From Lama glama (lineage: Eukaryota), in the NCBI GenBank assembly GCA_028534125.1, contig CM052816.1, positions 92,320,001-92,384,000 on the forward strand: DNA of 64,000 nucleotides. The letters are read 5' to 3'. This document shows positions 40,794 through 51,652 of this stretch, one piece after another. Positions within the stretch are counted from its first letter, which is position 1. Each line of letters begins with the position of its first letter. The notes under the pieces were generated by a model. That model was given only the letters and a program-made list of their open reading frames with translations. It ran no database searches and was not told the origin of the DNA. The position numbers were made by a program, and so were the translations under genes.

Positions 40794-42194
40794 GGAGATC
40801 TGTTGGCCACTGGGTCATGCATTTTAATAGAGCGGAATGGTAGTGTGGAGAATCTAAAATAGCAGATTACAAAAAAAAAAAAAAAGAAGAAAAGAAAAGA
40901 AAAAGAAATTGAGTGCTTTAAATGGTTTGGCAGGAAATTCACCGTGGCTGGGACACCGCGGCCTCCCACGATGGGTGGCCTAAGCTTGACATTTTATAAG
41001 GACAAACAGTGCAGAAGAGAATAACCAGATAACCACGCTTCGTAAGAAAGAGATAACTTTTACCTCCGCGATTCTAGCCAGGTCCAGCACAGAAGCAACT
41101 GGAAAGACTCCTTTGCTCGCCAGCTTGATCCAAAATAAGGGAGTCAAGGGTCTCCTCTCAGCTCCAGACCTGACATTCAACTGTGTTCCCTCAAGCTCTC
41201 CCAGAGCCCTTGATTTCCTCTTGGGATGGGTGGTAGTTCTCACCCCTTCCTCTTCTGATGCAGCCTTGTGTCACCTGGAGCCCCGCGTGAGGTCAGGGCG
41301 GACCGCCACTACTCCCACGCTGAGGCTCACACCTGTGGGTGTTAACGCCACCTCGGCTGCACACCTTTTGGACTGTTTACCAAACCTGGGCAGGTGTCCT
41401 GGCATTGTTGGTAGTTAGTCCAGGTGTTTACCAAGCTTCCCTAGATGAACCAGTGTATCAGCAGCAAGGAGGAAGGAGCTTGAACTCTGTTCCAGGGACC
41501 AGAGAGATCCACCGAAGGGCCCTAAAGCACCCCGCGGCTTTGAGCGTCAGTAGCTGAGCTGCAGGACCCCTTTTGTTGTTCTCAAATTCTTATTTAGTCT
41601 AATTTCTTTTAGGTTTAATATGTCTTCTTTCGGGGGGGGAGCCTGGTGAACCTGTTTTTCTTTCCTTTTTAAAACGTCAAAGTATCATTCATATACAGTG
41701 AGGCGTACAGCTCTTACGTGCACAGGCCTGTGTGTTTTGACCAATGACAACTGCACCCCCGTATATAACCCACTCCCCAATCAAGATGGGGAGCGTTTCC
41801 ATCAGCCCAGAGGTGTCTGGCGCCCCTCCCCGAAGCGTCCGCTGTTCTGAGTGCTGCAGCAAGCCTTTTTAGTTGCTCATACAAAATGACATGCATTTGG
41901 TCCCAGATGACTGAGTTTGAGGCCACTCATTGTCATTACAGGGTGTAGCACTGTTATCCTTTCCATTGCAAAATATGGCTCAATATTGTGGGTTTTAGTG
42001 GATTTAAGGCAGGTGGAGAGTTTGACTTTCTGTATAAAATAACTCCTCCCCTCATTTTGTACGATTTGGTGTTTTTAATTCTTCAATTGATAATACACCC
42101 TTCAGTGATGTGAGCTGCTCATCATTTTGATTTTCAGACGTGCTTTAAAATTTAATTTAAAAATTAAAATCTGTTTGGAAAGCTAGCCTCATAT

Positions 42195-42615
42195 AACAAC
42201 ATGTGGTACGTACGTATGATGGACTGTTTATTCAGCCTTAAAGAAAAGAATGGAATTATGACGTATGCTACACAGAGATGAACCTGGAGGACATTATGCT
42301 AAGTGAAATAAGCCAGACACAAAAGAACATGCTTTTGTGTGTGTGGAAGGAGGCTTCCACTCAGATACAGTACCTGTGACAGTCTAAATTCATGGAGACA
42401 GAAAGGGGAATAGCATTTCCCAGGGTTTGGGGGAGGGAGGGAGTGGGGGTTACTGTTTAAGGGGTGCAGAGTTTCAGTTTGGGGAGACAGAGTTCTGGAG
42501 ATGGGCGGTGCTGATGGCTGCATAATATTGTGAATGTACTTAATTCCACTGAGCTGTACACTTAAAATGCTTAAAATGATAAATTGTGTATTATATATGT
42601 TTTAGCAACATTTTA
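42195..42615 (+). mobile_element. L1MB-like 3' end
   Basis: gatgaacctggaggacattatgctaagtgaaataagccagacacaaaag…gagttctggagatgg…tgtacacttaaaatg. Confidence 0.9.
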
Positions 42616-44284
42616 AGAATTTTCATTAACTTCATAAGCTACTCAGAAAGCCAGTTGGCTTTATTCGTTTGATAACTATGAAAGTTTAAAAAGCTAAAGC
42701 TCTAAGCTGTTCTTAGAAACAATGAACAGTAAAATATGTCAGTTTTAAAATGGGTTTATCTCTCAATGAGTTGCTCTTCCTAGAATAAACTTTGTTTACC
42801 CCCCCCAAAAAGTAAAAGAAAATCTTCATTGCAATAAATAAATAAATAAAGTTAGGATTTAAAAAAATGAAAGAAAGCCAGTGGCTTTTTAAGAGGATCT
42901 CTCTTTAAAAAAAAAATGTTAATTAGTCCATTTTTATCATAGAAGGAAGGAAAATAAATAAAAATACCAAGAAGAAAATGAGAATTGTCTGCAAGCCCAC
43001 TGCCTAGAGATAATGCTGTTTATTATTTTTAGTGCACATCCTTCTCATCCCTTTTCCACGCATGTATTTGAAAACATCGTCATCTCTTTCCAGCTGTTAC
43101 ATCATGCAAGGACACAGGCAGTGTCCCTTGATTTTTAAGTATTCATCTCGAATGTGATGATTAATGGCATTCTTTCTCACGGATGTACCATAATTTACTC
43201 AACTGATCCAATGTGGTTAGATGTTCAGTTACTGGAGCCATTTTAGTTCAGAAATCTTTGTAGCCTTTGGATTAATACTGGAAATTCTCCCGCACACGGG
43301 CATCTTTTCAAGGCTTCTGCTGTGTGTGACACCACAGTCCAGCGGGAAGTTGTCCGGGCCCACCCCGCGGGCGCCATGTTCGGGTGTGTCCCTGTCCCAC
43401 CGCGGACATCCCCCATCTCATGCTGGGACTCCTGGCACTGGAATCCACAGTCTATTTCTCTCAAAGCCCCAGGGTGCTCAACTCCTTCAAATTTTTTCTT
43501 TTTTTTTTAAAGTCTTCCTTTAATGCTGAGAGATCGTTTTTCATGATGTAATACTTTCAAACTCTTTCAGGACTTTCCTTCTTTTCAAGAAGCACATTTT
43601 GGACCAGATATGCTCTCCACTTGGGGTCAGGCATGAGTGCAGGGAGGAGGGGTGTGTTGGTTTTACCTGCGCACATCTGGGAGGACACCTGTCCTTACAG
43701 GTTGCGAGGCAGAGAAAGGTGCTTTTTCTGCTGAATTCAGTGATGCTTAAGAAATGTGCTTTCCAAAACTTTCCACGTGAACACGTGGGAGAGGAGAAGA
43801 AATGAACTGGCCTTCCAAGCTGCCAGGTCCTGCCCGGGGCTCCTGGCATGGGCTGTCAGAGGGGCATCTTCCCCACTTTGAAGATGAACAGATTGAGTAG
43901 CTGTGTGTGTCATCAGCACCTTTGCGGAGCAGCCAGGCTCCTCTGAATCGTGCCTCATGCTTAGAGCCTCACAGGAGAATATTTGGTGTTGACTGTGTTC
44001 TAGGGGAATGCGGAGCTAGTGATCATTAGGGGCAATGGAAGAGAGAATGTTCTCTCTTTTCTAGCCCACCGACCATGGCTTCTTCCATGTAACCTGGTCT
44101 CCCTGCTATTCCGAGCCCACCTTGGAGAGAGCGGCAGAGCGGATGGAGAGGGGAAATAGTTCATGCTTACTGAGAGGTGCACTGAGTTTCCGTGGCTTCT
44201 CCTCTGTAGTTTCTAGCAGTGCTGCACGCTGACCACAGCAGCGCTGAGACAAAGAGCTCCTGCTCCTGACAGGCCCCCCTGGAC

Positions 44285-44450
44285 TTGACCTCCATCCCTG
44301 CCCCTGCTGGCTCTATGACTTTGAGCAAAGAACTTGACTTCTGGGGACTTGAGCTCTCCCAGCTGTTAAATGGGTACAGAGGGTTTCCATACCTTCTTTT
44401 GGAAGTGCAGCCCAGAGACTGGACACAAAAGAACTTTGAAAAGTATGTAG
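44285..44450 (+). mobile_element. MIR SINE (degenerate)
   Basis: ctctatgactttgagcaaagaacttgacttct…ctgttaaatggg. Confidence 0.55.
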
Positions 44451-45149
44451 TACGCCCCGTATGTAAAGCAATATTGCTAAGACTTCAAGCCAGGCGGTCT
44501 GCTATACCTTGACCCATTCTTGGCTAGAGCTGACTTTTCTTGCTTTGTATTAATTCTGTGACTTGCATTAAGGAGACTTACTAGACTAGAGCCAGCTGAG
44601 TTGAGGCAAGCAGACGCATGCTGGAGGACAGATGCTGGAAACACTTGGATTTTACAACATGTGTGTCAGCAGTACTAATGCTGTTTTTTGTTGTTGTTGT
44701 TGTTGTTGTTTTTAACTTTGAGGAAATGACATTTAAGACTGGATTTGCTTGGTAGTGTTGGGTTTTTTTTTTTTTGGTTTTAATTGAGTTGCTAGGATTT
44801 AGGTAACATGTGCATTTTGAAATGATAGGTTTAATTTCATTTTCTCTTAATCACAGGCTGCTGTTTGACATGGGTTTGGGGTGGGGGAGGGCGGGTTGTT
44901 ACTTGTACCACTGGCTTCCTCTCTAATCTAGACATGCAGATAGGACCAGGTCTTTCTCAAGTTACTGATAGTTATGGCAGTGACACACCAAGGTGTTTGA
45001 AACAAAGTGTGGCAGCTGCTTAATGAGTTGAGAGTTGTGACCCACTTCCCCTGGTGCTTAATGCATTGTTTTGGAGTGTTTTCACTATTAAAGGGGGGAT
45101 AGATTCACTATTAATGGAGAAGTTGGAATACAGAGGGAAGAGGGTCTTC

Positions 45150-46445
45150 ATGAATGTGTTCATTCAACATTTCTTGGATGCCTACCTTTTGGCCTGTCCG
45201 GTGCTAGTCACTAAAGATGGATTAGGAGAAAGGACTGACCCGTGCAGCGCTTAATCTAGAAGTGCAAGCAGACAGGCCGGCACCTACCAAGGAATGTGCG
45301 AGTCTGAGACAGAGGAGGAACAGGGTGTTGGCAACTGAAATAAAAAGCACGACCTAAAAGCTGAGAGTTATGCTTTATTCGGTGGATTTCCTGAAGGCTT
45401 GAGCCCAGGACACAGCCTCTCAGATTGCTCTAGAGATGTTCTGCCCAGGCAAGGGAGAAGCCAGGATATGTAAGAGTTTTTGCAACAAAGACTAGGTAGT
45501 CAGAACATCAGATTACTGTTAATTAGAGAAAACTAGACGTCTCAAATTAAGGACTTTAGCGCTTTTCTATGTATGGGAAGGTGCAAAGGTCTGGGCTCAT
45601 GAAATCATTTCTTTGATGTGCACCTAGCTATTTAGGGCCAGTATCCTGTTCTTTCCCATCCTGAGCTCCCTCAAGGCACACCACTGGGGGTGGCTGCAGA
45701 GGCTGGGCTGCCTGCTTGTCTGCATCCTGAATTCCGTCCGCTCCCTCATGGTCAGAGGTGGTGGTAGCGGCTGATGACTTGATGGCCGCAGTATCCTTTG
45801 TTTACTGATATGGCTCACAATATTTTTCAGAGTGTTTACTCTGGGATCCTGTAGGAGGAATCTTTGACCCTTCTTAAAGGGTCAGGGAAGCTTTGGTTCA
45901 GTCTAAGAGCTGAGATCTAAAAAGAATGGTGTGTCCTCTATTCTGGAAAGCAAGAGAGTTCCAGGTGGAAAATGACAATGCTGAGTATATTTGAGACAGA
46001 GAGCAGGACTAGGAGGGGCAGGTGGCAGGGTGAGCAGAACTCAGACCAGGAGGGGTCCGGTCAGTCAGTGTAAGGAGTTTGGCCTTGATCCTAAGGGCAG
46101 TGGGGAACTTTGAGGAGTTCTGAATGGGAGTGTGGTGTGCTTGGATTTGCATATTTGAAAGAGAGTTTGGTTTCATTGTGGCTAATGAATTAGAGGGAGG
46201 TGAGACCAGAGGCCAGGGAAACCAATTAAGAGGCTCTTGTGGCAACCACCAGAGAGATGAAGACAGCCTGGATTAGGGCTGGGGGGCGGGGAGGGAGAGT
46301 TTAAAGAGAAAAGCTATCTAGAATCAAACGGACTCGGTCCTTGATGGGAGGGGGTGGGAGAGGATGAAGCAGAGGATGGTGTTACCCAGCTTTAAAAGCT
46401 GGTTTGGAGTGAGGAGAGTGAGTTCCACTTCAGTCATGTTAATTT
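45150..46445 (-). mobile_element. L2 LINE (split by the LTR)
   Basis: ttcattcaacatttcttggatgcctac at the left. taaggagtttggccttgatcctaagggcagtgggga, ttggatttgcatatttgaaag and aattaagaggctcttgtggcaa at the right. Confidence 0.75.
45329..45829 (-). mobile_element. ERV1-class solo LTR inserted in an L2
   Basis: TG…CA termini, antisense polyA signal (tttatt) near the left end, related to 5805-6404. L2 sequence on both sides. Confidence 0.8.
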
Positions 46446-47838
46446 GCTCATAGAGTTAGTGAAATGTTTTAAATTGCTTGCCTGAGGGAGAAGGCAAATT
46501 TATGCATAAGGGTGGGGGGAGTGGGGGCTACGATAAATATTTGGTACCTGCATAGCACTGCTTCTCTTTCTCCCCTTCTCTTCCTCTGGCTCCCTCCCCT
46601 AGGGGCACCTGCATTTACGTTGTCCATAAATGGGAGCTCTTTGCATTTTCACCTAAATGCAAATACAATGCATATTCATTTTTCCCCTTCAAAATGGAAA
46701 AATGCTTTATTATAATACAGTCAGTTCTCAGCCACTTGCCTTAATGAAATAGTGACTGGAAAATTCAAAAATACTTCGGAATATTTGGCATTGGAATACA
46801 GGAGGACTTGTAGGGGGAGGCAAGATTATCTGCACCATCGTGGAGCTGTGCTAGGGGTAATATTACAGTTAGACCAGGTGCCTGGCGACAGCAGAGAGAT
46901 GCCATCTGGAATTCAATTGGTTGAGGCTCCTAGGTTTTGCTCCGACTCTCTGTATATTAAATGTTTACTGTGTAAACAGCAGGGAGTGGACCAGCCTCAG
47001 AGTGGTCCTTTTTATGGCTTTATGTTTGTTTGTTTGGATTGTGGTATTGTCTGCAGCTTACTGGCTGGCTGTAATTCATAAAATTCATTTAGAATACATT
47101 TTGCTGTAGAAATAATTTTATAAATCGTGGTTAGGTTTCCAGGCCACTCAACCAAAGTTACACAACCCCTAATGTTATTAAAATATTGTCTGTTTGCAAT
47201 GAGGAGTAGAAAACCATGCTGTTAGAAAAAGCAGTAATGTTGAAAAGTAGTGTTCGTCCTAATTACCTTTAATAACAATGTAGGGAAGGTGGTGCTGGCT
47301 GGGAGGGGAGGAGATTGTGCCACGTGCCTTAGAGACTGGGTTAACTTAAAATCAGAAGGTCTTCTGGATGCACCTGCCTCATTAGCTGGGATTATGGTCA
47401 TTTGAGAGCTCATAAATGAGAGTGTCCCACAGTCCCAGGAAGATAACCTGACTAGAGTCCGAAGAGAGATCATGGACGTGAAACAGATCCCCTGGGGTGG
47501 AACTCGCAGGTGGGATGGGGCAGGTTCTCCTGGGTGGACGGTGGGAGACCAAGGCACAGAGGGGTGTCAGGCTGGACACCCCTGCAGTGGGACTCTTGCT
47601 TCCTGTAGCATCTGGGACCCAGGACCGCTGGGGGTCTGGGGGTGGTGATGGGATGTGGGAAGCCACTGCCTGTAACTCGATGTAATCTAGTGGTGAGCTG
47701 TCCCAGACAGTGCAACTTGGAAGGCAGTTTTAAGTGTTCTCACGTGGAAAATAACTCTGATTTCTTTATGGCTAGAGAAATACTTGTTCTGCTAGTCACA
47801 ATCAGTAGCTATCTGGACTTTAAAATTCCTGCTCCCTA

Positions 47839-48271
47839 TGTTGCCGCAAAACCAGCCTCTGTACCCCGAAAGACAGAGAGGCAGAGTTGGGGGAGAATCT
47901 AAAAAGAACTGCTTTATTGCTTTGCCAGTCAAAGGGGAGTCACAGACTCATGCCTTAGAGACTGTGAACCCATCTTGCGGGTGGGGTCTTGGGGCTTTAT
48001 AGAAAAACTGGATGGAACAGAAAAGGTGATAATGATCAGGACGTTTCACAGGGTGTTACATAACCTGGATGAGTCTGGGAAGGTCTGTCCATTCTTTTGA
48101 GATTATCAGCCCATTATCTCCTTCCTGGAGCATAGACTCTGGGTTAAAGCTATTCTCGGTAAAGAATGAATCAGCAAGCAGTTTTAGCATCAGGGAAGTC
48201 AGTTTGTTAGTTTGCTTCCTACTCCTTCACCTGCCCCATAATTTATCTTGACCCAGTCATGTCTTAACTCG
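47839..48271 (-). mobile_element. ERV solo LTR
   Basis: Begins TGTTGCC. Antisense AATAAA (tttatt, about 47913) and TATAAA (tttata, about 47996) in LTR order. 4-bp TSD CCTA at 47835-47838 and 48272-48275. Confidence 0.75.
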
Positions 48272-48616
48272 CCTACTAATTTCTAAGGGCCCTGCCGCTT
48301 CCATCTTGTGTTTCCTTTTCTAATTAGTCCTTAAGTGGCATTCAAATTCTATTTTTAAGGGTGTTACTGCTAAGTTTTCTAGTGAGAGTAAAATTTAAAA
48401 ACACCTACCTGTATCTATTGATTCAGGCTTATCTGTACCTTCATTCCATTGATACCTTCTTGAAAAATAGTGCAAAATACAGCATTTAATAATAAGAAAC
48501 CAAGCTACTAGGAAGCTCTTAGATGAAAATTTAAGGAAGTAAAAATATTTTCTGTAATTGGACCATATCCATATTGTAAAGGAATACCTCTAATTATGTA
48601 TATATTACATCAAATA

Positions 48617-48810
48617 CCTTCCTTTCCTTCCCTTTCCTTCCCTTTCTTTTCCTTTCCTTTCCTTTCCTTTCTTTTTTCTTTCTTTCTTTCCTTTTTTCTT
48701 TCTTTCTCTCTTTCTTTTTCTTTTCTTTTCTTTCCTTCCTTCCTTCCTTTTTTTCTCTCTTTCCTTCCTTCCTTCCTTCCTTTCTTTCTTTCTTTTCTTT
48801 CTTTTCTTTC
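48617..48810. repeat. Polypyrimidine compound repeat (CCTTT/CTTT/CCTT)n
   Basis: About 190 nt of C/T only. Confidence 0.97.
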
Positions 48811-50911
48811 ACCAATGTTAATACAAATACCTTAAATTAAGGGGGAGGAAAACAAATCCTTAACCCAATTGTTTCTTTTCAGTTCAGCAGAGGTGGACAT
48901 TCCTTTTTCAGGATGCTGTTACTGAGCAAGGGCTCGTGTACCTGCAGGACGGAAAGCCAAACTTTGAGAGCAGGTGTTTGTGCAAAGGAAGGGCTCATTG
49001 CAGGACACCAAGCGAGCTGCCCTCCAGCTTGGTCTTGGAGTGGGGGGGGTGTTTTTAAAGGGGAAAAACAAAGAAGCTGGGATGAATCATCATCTTGTAA
49101 CACTTCTTTATCCTAGTTTCAAGGGATCCAGATGTCTCTGGTCTATGATTCTCAGGCCAAGTGGTTCATGGCTTGGGGCCCTGTGAGCTCACCTTGCCCT
49201 GGAGGAACCCACGTCTGTTTGCCGATGTACGTTAATGATATGAAATTAATGACAGCAATTTCAGTCATAACAATAGATGTCATGGACAACTGCAATTCCA
49301 GTCATCTGACTGGTTGATTAGTGTTCGGTTAGCACAGAATCGAGGTCAGAGGGGACAAGAAAGGGAATAAAGTTTTGGAAAGAGAGGTTAGTCATAAACT
49401 CAGGTGAACTCCTTTTTAGGGGAACTCAGTTTTAATGCAATGAAATGAACATTGCCCTTTCCCTTGCCTGGCGCACACTGCACATTTTTGAGCACTTCAC
49501 AGTTTGTAAAGTATATTCTCATTGACCGCAGTAGTTGTTCCACAGTCCACGGGCACGTGGGCTAACACTGCCGGGAAGGAGAGTGTGGCTACCAGCAGCG
49601 GACATCTGTAGAAGACACGCCTGGACAAGAGTGTCCACTGGCCTCATCCCCCTCTCCGAGGTGAGCCCCATCCTCCTTCGTGCCCTGGGTGGGGCTTCGT
49701 AGCAGGAATCCTGGAGCACGGAGGAGCGTGGAGTCCAGTCTTGGAGTCAGAGAAATTGGCCTGGATTGTAGGGAGGCGGTGAGACTCAGAGCCTGTGGTC
49801 TGTGCTCGGGTCAGAGGACCACAGCCGGAGGGCAGCCTTCCTTCCCCGGGTGTCTGCCTGGCCTAAGCTTTCCCCGCCTCCTTTTTGAGGGCCAGCTCTG
49901 TCCTCATGAAGACAGTGGCCCCCCTTCAGCACTGAGGTCACTTGCAGGGTCCGCCCCAGTCCTCCCGGAGCTCTAACCTCACCTCCTTAGCTCTTCCTTC
50001 AACATTATAGCATCCTGCTCTGCCTTCCCAAACTGCCGAGCCGGTTTTGCCCTGCCCCTCCCTGCCCTCCTCTGATGGTGAGTGCCTCCCCGCTCCTTCT
50101 TATCTATGCTGCAGAATATTACTTTCATCAAATTTAATCATCAGGTGAAAAAAAAAACACTCCCTGGGCTCTCAGTGGCCATACCTTCTGGCCAACTTTG
50201 CAGTTTCCTTGCTTTTAGCACCTTTTCATAAATCAGGTGTCTTTTTTTTTAGTGTTTTTTTTTTTTCCTTCCAAGCATTCATCAATTTCAGATTAGGTTC
50301 CCCCGTTTCTGCGGTACTGTTTCTTGCCTCGTCACAGCATCCAGGGCAGAGAGAATAGCCCCCTCCTGGGGGCACTGGAGCTCCTGCCCTCCCTGCGTCG
50401 TCCACGTCCAGGGCATCTCCATAGTTCCATGTCTGTCTCCCCATCTCCCCACGAGCCCCAGAAGGAAAGCAGGGCCAGTGTGTGATGCCACCTACCGAGC
50501 CTGCCTTGGGGCTTCCTTCCTACAGTGCTCAGCACAGAGGGAGCCTCAGACGGGCTGGAATGAAATAACTGGATGAAGTGAATGCATGCCTGGACACACA
50601 AGTGATGTGGTGAATGTGATTTGCGCAGGGTCAGTGCAGATGTCCCCCATCTTCTATCAGCTGAAGCACACCTGGCCCTCTAAATGGAGGGACAACGGAC
50701 CAAGTCTTTTCAATTTCTTCCACAGCACAATACCCCGTGCTCGAGCTTAGCGCAAGGGTGACAGTGCATTAACGTGCTACCAGAATGCCACGCCACCCCC
50801 TAGCCAGGAAAGCAGCTCCTCTCCGGTGCTGATCCACGTGTTGGATCTGGAGGCATCACTGGTGGCACAAACTTGACATTCAGTCAGCGGGTTGTATGGA
50901 GACACTAGTGA

Positions 50912-51547
50912 TGAGACAGGAAGGGGGCAGGGCACAGCCATTCAAGGAATGACACAGCAGTTAACACAAGGATGGTGAAACAGTCAACCCCTAGTCGGCC
51001 TTGAGGCTCAAGATGGTGGGAGGTTTGACTTCCAGCAGACCTTGAGCTTCACTGTACGCCCATTGTAATATGTTAGCATGGTGAATAACACATCCACAGG
51101 CGCCATGACTGTCCCAGGGCTAGCCACAAAGGGTCACAGAGTGGGAAGTGGCCAGCTTCCTGGGAATCCCAGCCCCTTCCCCAGGCTAGTTAGGCTGGTC
51201 CTTCCACTTATTAGCATATGAAGCTACTGAGCCCATAAAAACTGGCAGCAGGGAGCCTCGTGGCCGCCTCTCTCTCTCATTTTCAGAGAAGGCCGGTATT
51301 CTTGTCTATGGGGTGTGTACCTATTTCCACTCTAATCTGAGCCCAACAACCCCCCCCACCTCGTGACCTTTCTCTTGCCTTTTGATGTATCTCTCTAAAT
51401 AAATCTACCTTTACTCAACTGTGGCTCACTCTTGCATTCTTTCCTGCATGAAGCAAGGACCCACACTAGGTGGGGCACATCCCAGGGGCCCAGCCGAGGC
51501 CTGGGACACGGCCCACCTCACACCCCACATCTGTTTTTCCTGCATCA
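50912..51547 (+). mobile_element. MER41-like ERV1 solo LTR
   Basis: TG…CA termini with perfect 4-bp TSD GTGA. Colinear with recalled MER41 motifs (caagatgg…ttagcatg…gcgccatgac…ttcc-gggaa…ttagcatat…ccataaaaa…aataaa). Confidence 0.82.
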
Positions 51548-51640
51548 GTGAGACCGCCTTGCAAAACAGTTATTTTTGTGTTTGGGTGAAAAATCATTTT
51601 CTGGTGAAAGGAAACATGCAAAACGAGGCCTTTTGCTCGA

Positions 51641-51652
51641 GGTGACGTCACC
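51641..51652. promoter_or_regulatory. Full CRE (TGACGTCA) within 12-bp palindrome GGTGACGTCACC
   Basis: Motif read directly. Function untested. Confidence 0.45.

Noticed and set aside
48594..48835. Lys/Glu/Arg-rich and Phe/Leu/Ser-rich ORFs
   Set aside because: Translations of the polypyrimidine repeat.
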